64,000 nucleotides of DNA, taken from positions 159,177-223,176 of the IMG/VR virus record IMGVR_UViG_3300028392_000029, one strand, 5' to 3'. The number at the start of each line of letters is the position of its first letter. Position 1 is the stretch's first letter. Of this stretch, positions 63,850 to 64,000 are shown one piece after another. The notes beneath the pieces were generated by a model. It was given only the letters and a program-made list of their open reading frames with translations. It was not told where the DNA came from and did no database searches. Position numbers and translations under genes: made by a program.

Positions 63850-64000
63850 AAACTATCACGGGCCTTGATCAATCGGATCATCATGGCTTCATCTTCTGCT
63901 TCGTAGGCCGCTTCAATTTCTTGTAGTAGCTTGTGTGACTTATTGCTCATTTCTTCAAGTTCAGGACTCCTGTCATTTCTAAAACTTAGCTTGCCACCGT
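63840..64000 (-). CDS. C-terminal end of a hypothetical protein (partial)
   Basis: ...EIEAAYEAEDEAMMIRLIKARDSLWT*; overlaps the oxygenase start. Confidence 0.6.
   Translation of the reverse strand, partial: GGKLSFRNDRSPELEEMSNKSHKLLQEIEAAYEAEDEAMMIRLIKARDSLWT

Noticed and set aside
1-64000. Stop-codon reassignment, as seen in some large phages
   Set aside because: Genes up to 11.8 kb are intact in code 11 and tile tightly. TAA, TGA and TAG (clpA, 18880 and 59777 genes) all serve as stops
1-64000. tRNA or rRNA genes
   Set aside because: Intergenic gaps are short, and none shows a cloverleaf with a T-loop GTTCRA in a suitable context

Overview
This is a gene-dense, AT-rich segment of a large (probably jumbo) tailed phage genome, read almost entirely on the minus strand in the standard genetic code. 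The spanin pair and a proteobacterial-type ErpA point to a Gram-negative host. From left to right it holds: (1) a DNA-modification and replication block (partial glycosyltransferase, QueD-like T-fold protein, MutH/Sau3AI-like nuclease, flavin halogenase, DpdA/TGT-like transglycosylase, sliding clamp, UDP-sugar dehydrogenase, family B polymerase, DsbA-like protein); (2) an operon of putative capsid-internal proteins sharing an N-terminal MxxxE[LF]xE tag, which includes an HxGH nucleotidyltransferase and a KxDG ligase-like protein, with dps embedded; (3) dnaJ-def-clpA, a lysis cassette, phoH, a clamp loader, groES and a mini-DnaE fragment; (4) baseplate and tail-fibre genes including a 3934-aa protein; (5) erpA, sod, uvsE, a methyltransferase, queD, and SGNH-like, radical-SAM and 2OG-Fe(II) genes. 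Two promoter classes are visible: sigma70 TTGACA-N17-TATAAT and a late TAAATA motif. The most striking observations are: a shared clamp-binding-like motif [FY][TN][SN]LFE on PolB, DpdA and the nuclease, suggesting replication-coupled deazaguanine modification with a matching nuclease; an intact animal-type heme peroxidase domain inserted inside an Ig repeat of a baseplate protein; phycobiliprotein-like CxRD repeats in the giant virion protein; and riboswitch-like RNA leaders in front of queD and phoH. All family calls come from motif recognition by eye, not from database searches.
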